Shown: in pieces, positions 59,881 to 64,000 of the stretch
How the letters are laid out: every line of letters starts with the position of its first letter
Position numbering within the stretch: the stretch's first letter is position 1
NCBI GenBank assembly: GCA_963745835.1
Contig: CAVUZH010000025.1
Span: 64,001 to 128,000 of the forward strand
DNA: 64,000 nt
From: an uncultured delta proteobacterium
GTDB lineage: Bacteria; Desulfobacterota; Binatia; UBA9968
Direction of reading: 5' to 3'
The notes under the pieces: generated by a model
The model's input: the letters and a program-made list of their open reading frames with translations, nothing else
Database searches by the model: none
What the model was told of the DNA's origin: nothing
Program-made: the position numbers and the translations under genes

Positions 59881-60927
59881 ATGCGAATCCTGACGATTAC
59901 GAACATGTACCCGAGTGTCAAAGCCCCGCATTCCGGGGTCTTTGTAGAGCAACAGATCACGGGTCTGAGAGCAATTGGACTGGAGGTGGATCTCATGGTT
60001 GTTGAGCGTCTGGAAAAGGGTATGACTTCATATGTCGGTTTAGGGCGCAGGGTAAGATCCAGAGTCAGAGCGCTCCAGCACACGGTTGTTCACGTGATGT
60101 ATGGCGGTGTGATGGCTAACATTGTGACGCGGGCAGTTACTGATAGGCCTACAGTCGTTACGTTTCACGGTTCCGATCTTCTTGGTGAGAACCTATCCGG
60201 GTGCGTGAGACGAATGATAGCAGGTTACGGTGTTCGGGCGTCCTGGGAAGCGGCGAGACGCGCAAGCCAAATTGTAACTGTATCAGAGGCTCTCAAAAAC
60301 GCCTTGCCGAATGACGTTGACAGAAGTAAAGTTCGAGTCATTCCTTGTGGCATTGACTTGGAGCGCTTCAAACCACTTGATCAGCGTGCGTGCCAAAATG
60401 CGCTAGGCTGGGATCGCGACGAGTTTCATGTTCTGTTCCCCGCAAATGGTGGCGATCCGGTTAAGCGATTTCATCTTGCTCAGTCGGCTGTCGACCTATT
60501 AAATGCATCACGCATTAAGACACAAATCCACCAACTCCGTGGAATCGACAATAGACAGGTGCCATTATGGTTGAACGCCAGTGATGTGTTGCTCCTCACC
60601 TCGTTGCACGAGGGATCCCCTACAATAATAAAAGAGGCCCTAGCGTGTGATTTGCCTGTAGTCTCCGTGGATGTGGGCGATATGAGCGAACGACTAAATG
60701 GAATTCCCGGATGCTATCTCAGCTCGTCCAGCCCAGACGCAATTGCTGCTAGACTCCGTATAGTTTATTTCGGCAATCGGCGGGTTAATGGTCGAGTTAA
60801 GATGCAGGCCCTGTCTTTAGAAAGGATCGCTCGTCAATTAAAGAACGTGTACGAGGAAATTGTCTTGTGCTTCGAAAACAAACACCGCGAGACTTTACCG
60901 AGAAATCATTCGCCATTCTCCGGCTGA
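59881..60927 (+). CDS. GT4 glycosyltransferase
   Basis: TNMYPS, TFHGSDL, IPCGID, TSLHEGSPTIIKEALACDLPVVS. Confidence 0.9.
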   Translation: MRILTITNMYPSVKAPHSGVFVEQQITGLRAIGLEVDLMVVERLEKGMTSYVGLGRRVRSRVRALQHTVVHVMYGGVMANIVTRAVTDRPTVVTFHGSDLLGENLSGCVRRMIAGYGVRASWEAARRASQIVTVSEALKNALPNDVDRSKVRVIPCGIDLERFKPLDQRACQNALGWDRDEFHVLFPANGGDPVKRFHLAQSAVDLLNASRIKTQIHQLRGIDNRQVPLWLNASDVLLLTSLHEGSPTIIKEALACDLPVVSVDVGDMSERLNGIPGCYLSSSSPDAIAARLRIVYFGNRRVNGRVKMQALSLERIARQLKNVYEEIVLCFENKHRETLPRNHSPFSG

Positions 60928-60950
60928 TTGTTTTCCCCGACTCTAACCAA

Positions 60951-63925
60951 TCACGGCACGTATTCGTACGCCCCGATATCAAAAGCCGACCCCTGTGGAC
61001 GGTTTACACCTGAAACATCAGTTGTTATCCCAATAGATGAGAGATCGATGCCCCTATCAATGGCACCGCTTCCTGACTTAAGACGGAAATCGTTGCCTGA
61101 TGGATTAAGAAATAGTGGGTCAGTGGTCATGTTGTTCGAGATTATCGTTCCGCTAGCCTGATTATTGATATCTGTAGCCCTGTTGTTTGTGCTGATGTTA
61201 TTTCTTACGATGACGCCCGTGCTGCTTTGATCAATATCGATTCCGTAACCATAGTTGTTATATAGTGTGTTGCTATAAATTTTACAGTTTAGGCAACGAT
61301 AATTGACCTGAATGCCGCCACCGAAGCCAGCACTGCCGTTTGAATAAATGAGATTGCTATAGACTTGATTGTTTGATCCAGAGGAAACGATTATTCCATA
61401 ACCCCCGCATCCATAACCCGTACATTGCAGGCCATTGTCGTGAATTGAGCTGTTCCTGACAACGTTGTCCGAGACGCTATTGTCGCCACTGTTGTATATA
61501 TGGATGCCGTAGTAACCGTTATTATAGACCTCAAGCCGCTCAAACAAATTGCCGTAACCAGTAATATACATACCATGTGGCGGACCGTATGACGTGGCGA
61601 CCGCATTATGATGAATTTTAGTGTTTAGAATTCGATTATTATGGGCGAAGACGTCTATGCCGCCCCTGGAAAATTTTTAACTTCACCATTCTGGAATGTG
61701 ATACGACTATCAACGCCGCAACAGATTCCAAATCCTACAGAATTCTGATCAGCATTGACACCGTCTATGATCAAACCGTTGAAAACCGTCCATTGGTTAG
61801 CAGTTGTCACACCGCCGATCATCGCCCCCTCACCGGAGGGTCTAATGGTAACGATTTCGGATTGATAGTTCGAAATAAAAGTTGGTGCGGCTGAAGTACC
61901 GCCAACAGGCCAACGCATCCGTTCTAAGTAGGTGCCACCACGAATATACAGAGTATCGCCACCACGCAATACACTGATTCCTTTTGCTATGCTTCTAAAT
62001 GGATTTGATATTGTGCCGGAATTCGAGTCGTTGCCGTTCGTCGCGATGTAATATGTGTTACCGGAAGTATTCTGGGTAGACGACGCAGCGCCTGCCGCAA
62101 CCGTTCCGCTGTCGGGTGTAGTTGTCGGGGCCGCCACGGTCAGCGCGAGTGTCACACTGAGAGTAAAAGCTGTGGTTCTAGTCACACCGCCTCCTGTAGA
62201 CGTCACGGTAATAGGAAAGCTACCGGCCGGCGTCGATCCGGTGGTATTAATCGTTAGTACCGTTGAGCAGGCTGGAGTGCAAGAAGCTGACGAAAAGGAC
62301 GCTGTTAGCGCCTGAAGGCAGTCCTGGATGTTGAAAACGAAATTGCTTGACTGGTTGCCGGATAACGAGTGCGGCAGCGATCGAGTTCGTCACGGAAGAC
62401 CCGGCAACAACGGATTTATCCCCGGAGTTCGAGGGAAAAGAGACGTAGCAGAACTTGAAAATCTCCTCCGGACTCTTGCTGGAAGTGGCTTGAATTTCCG
62501 TACTGGTTAAGGCTCGGTTGTGGACGCGGACCTCATCGATAAGACCCTTTGAAGTTTTCGCCGAATTGGCTTGCTCCTATTTGCAGAGTGCCGGTGCTGG
62601 GCGAGAGAGTCCTGGAAATATTGGAAGTCGCAACGGCAACGCCGTTTCGATAGAGAGTCAGGATTGAGCCGGTATAGGTTGCCGCCAAATGGGTCCAGGT
62701 GTTAGCCGGAAGAGGAGACGACTGGCATACATTATTACTGGTTTGTTCATCGAAGCCTGCCAGAGGGTTCCCGTTACCACAATAACCGGCAACACTCGCA
62801 TATAAATAGTACTTGTAGTTTTTAACCAGGATGGAACGAAAGTCGGTGAAAGAAGAAGCCGGATTGACCCAAGCCGAAAGCGTGAAGGAGCTGGATACAT
62901 CGAGAGAGTTTGAATCGGCTACCCGTGACGTGGTCGTCGATGCCGTCGAAGTATAATCCTTTGCCGATTCTTCCATCCGTCCACAGCGGTCCATTGGTTA
63001 GAGTCCCGGCGTTTCCGCTGCCTGACGAATCTGAAGCCGTTGTTCCACTTCCCTCATCGAATTTCCAGTGCGCAACAAGCCCCGATTCACGAACAGCGGA
63101 GTCTTGCTGGAACAGAGCTTGAATTTCCGTAGTCGTCAAGCCTCTGTTGTGAACGCGAACCTCATCGATCAGACCTTTGAAGTTTTCACCGAACTGGCTT
63201 GCTCCTATTTGAAGAGTGCCGGTGCTGGGTGAGAGAGTTTTGGAAATATTAGAAGTCGCAACGGCGACGCCGTTTCGATAGAGAGTCAGGATTGAGCCAG
63301 TATAGGTTGCCGCCAAATGGGTCCAGGTATTAGCGGGAAGAGGAGCTGGCTGGCATACAGCATTCGTGGTCTGTTCATCGAACCCTGCCAGAGGGTTCCC
63401 GGTGCCGCAATATCCGGCAGCGCTCGCATATAAGTAGTACTTGTAGTTCTTAACGAGTATGGAACGAAAGTCCGTGGAAGTAGAAGCTGGATTAACCCAA
63501 GCTGATAGGGTGAAGGAGCTGGTTACATCGAGGGAATTTGAATCGGCTACCGTCACATTGTCGTCAATCCCGTCAAAGTATAATCCGCCTCCAATCTTTC
63601 CAATGGCCCGGAGTGGACCGTTGATTAATGTTCCGTTGTTACCTTTGCCGGAAGAATCACATGCGGTGCTGCCGGTTCCCTCATCGAATTTCCAGTAGCC
63701 CACCAAGCTAGAATCTGTCCCATTGGAGGGGCTTGTCGGCGTCGAAGATACTGGGGATGTAACTGCCAGTGTGAGACCACTGGGAGCCGAGGGAGTGAGA
63801 GTAGAACACTGCGAATATGCTTCGGATTCAATAAAAATAGAGGAGAGGAATAGAATCAATACATTGAGCAAAAGGCCGTTCATTCTTTTTCTCAGGCAAT
63901 TTCCGGATTTAAACAGACAGTGCAC
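60951..63925 (-). CDS. Large secreted protein: 2x LamG/ConA jelly-roll + Ig-like + right-handed beta-helix with DIGAYE-type C-terminus; several frameshifts
   Basis: Signal peptide (start probably 63883), LVGYWKFDEGTG...DSSG, WTHLAATY, FKGLIDEVR twice; YYIATNGNDSNSGT..PFRSI; Asn-rich repeats; DFRLKSGSGAIDRG...DIGAYEY. Confidence 0.8.
62470..63705 (-). repeat. Tandem ~630-bp duplication encoding the two LamG domains
   Basis: Near-identical blocks offset by 627-629 bp (e.g. 62533 vs 63162; 63052 vs 63679). Confidence 0.9.
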
Positions 63926-64000
63926 AGTTCACTCTCCTTGCTCGTACTTTCTTAGTTCGACGGGGCATGCTGATTCGCGTGCGAATACAGGATGCGTATT

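Noticed and set aside
1-64000. CRISPR array, tRNA/rRNA, prophage
   Set aside because: No regularly spaced repeats, RNA-gene signatures or phage structural genes detected by eye

Overview
GC-rich (~55% by eye) bacterial chromosomal window. The gene content (orphan NMT1/SsuA-type and ABC_sub_bind solute-binding proteins, stand-alone UbiD, heptamer/REP-like intergenic repeats) resembles Candidatus Binatia/deltaproteobacteria-like soil lineages; this taxonomy is an inference. It looks like a long-read assembly with patchy indel errors. Three blocks are visible. (1) 1-12.8 kb, accessory: solute-binding proteins; an IS110-family element whose transposase body has degraded into an in-register purine-only 'ghost' but which keeps a bridge-RNA-like donor loop and a duplicated CT core; a GNAT; a sigma54-preceded vanadium-haloperoxidase-like gene; an IS256; and a Cache/HAMP kinase with an NtrC-type regulator. 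(2) 12.8-33.8 kb, frameshift-free core: alpha/beta hydrolase, JAB/Mov34, lytic transglycosylase, UbiD-like decarboxylase, a membrane spermidine-synthase-like/TPR fusion with an unusual insert, proC, YdbH plus a YnbE-YdbL fusion, an OmpA lipoprotein with 29 consecutive prolines, glycerate kinase and glgA-glgC-GH57. (3) 34.5-61 kb: a ~26 kb Wzy-type exopolysaccharide operon led by a sigma54 promoter and a NusG/RfaH paralogue. It has a probable BY pseudokinase and many tailoring enzymes, and converges on a large secreted tandem-LamG/beta-helix protein. No rRNA, tRNA or CRISPR array was seen. All family assignments come from remembered motifs; no searches were run.
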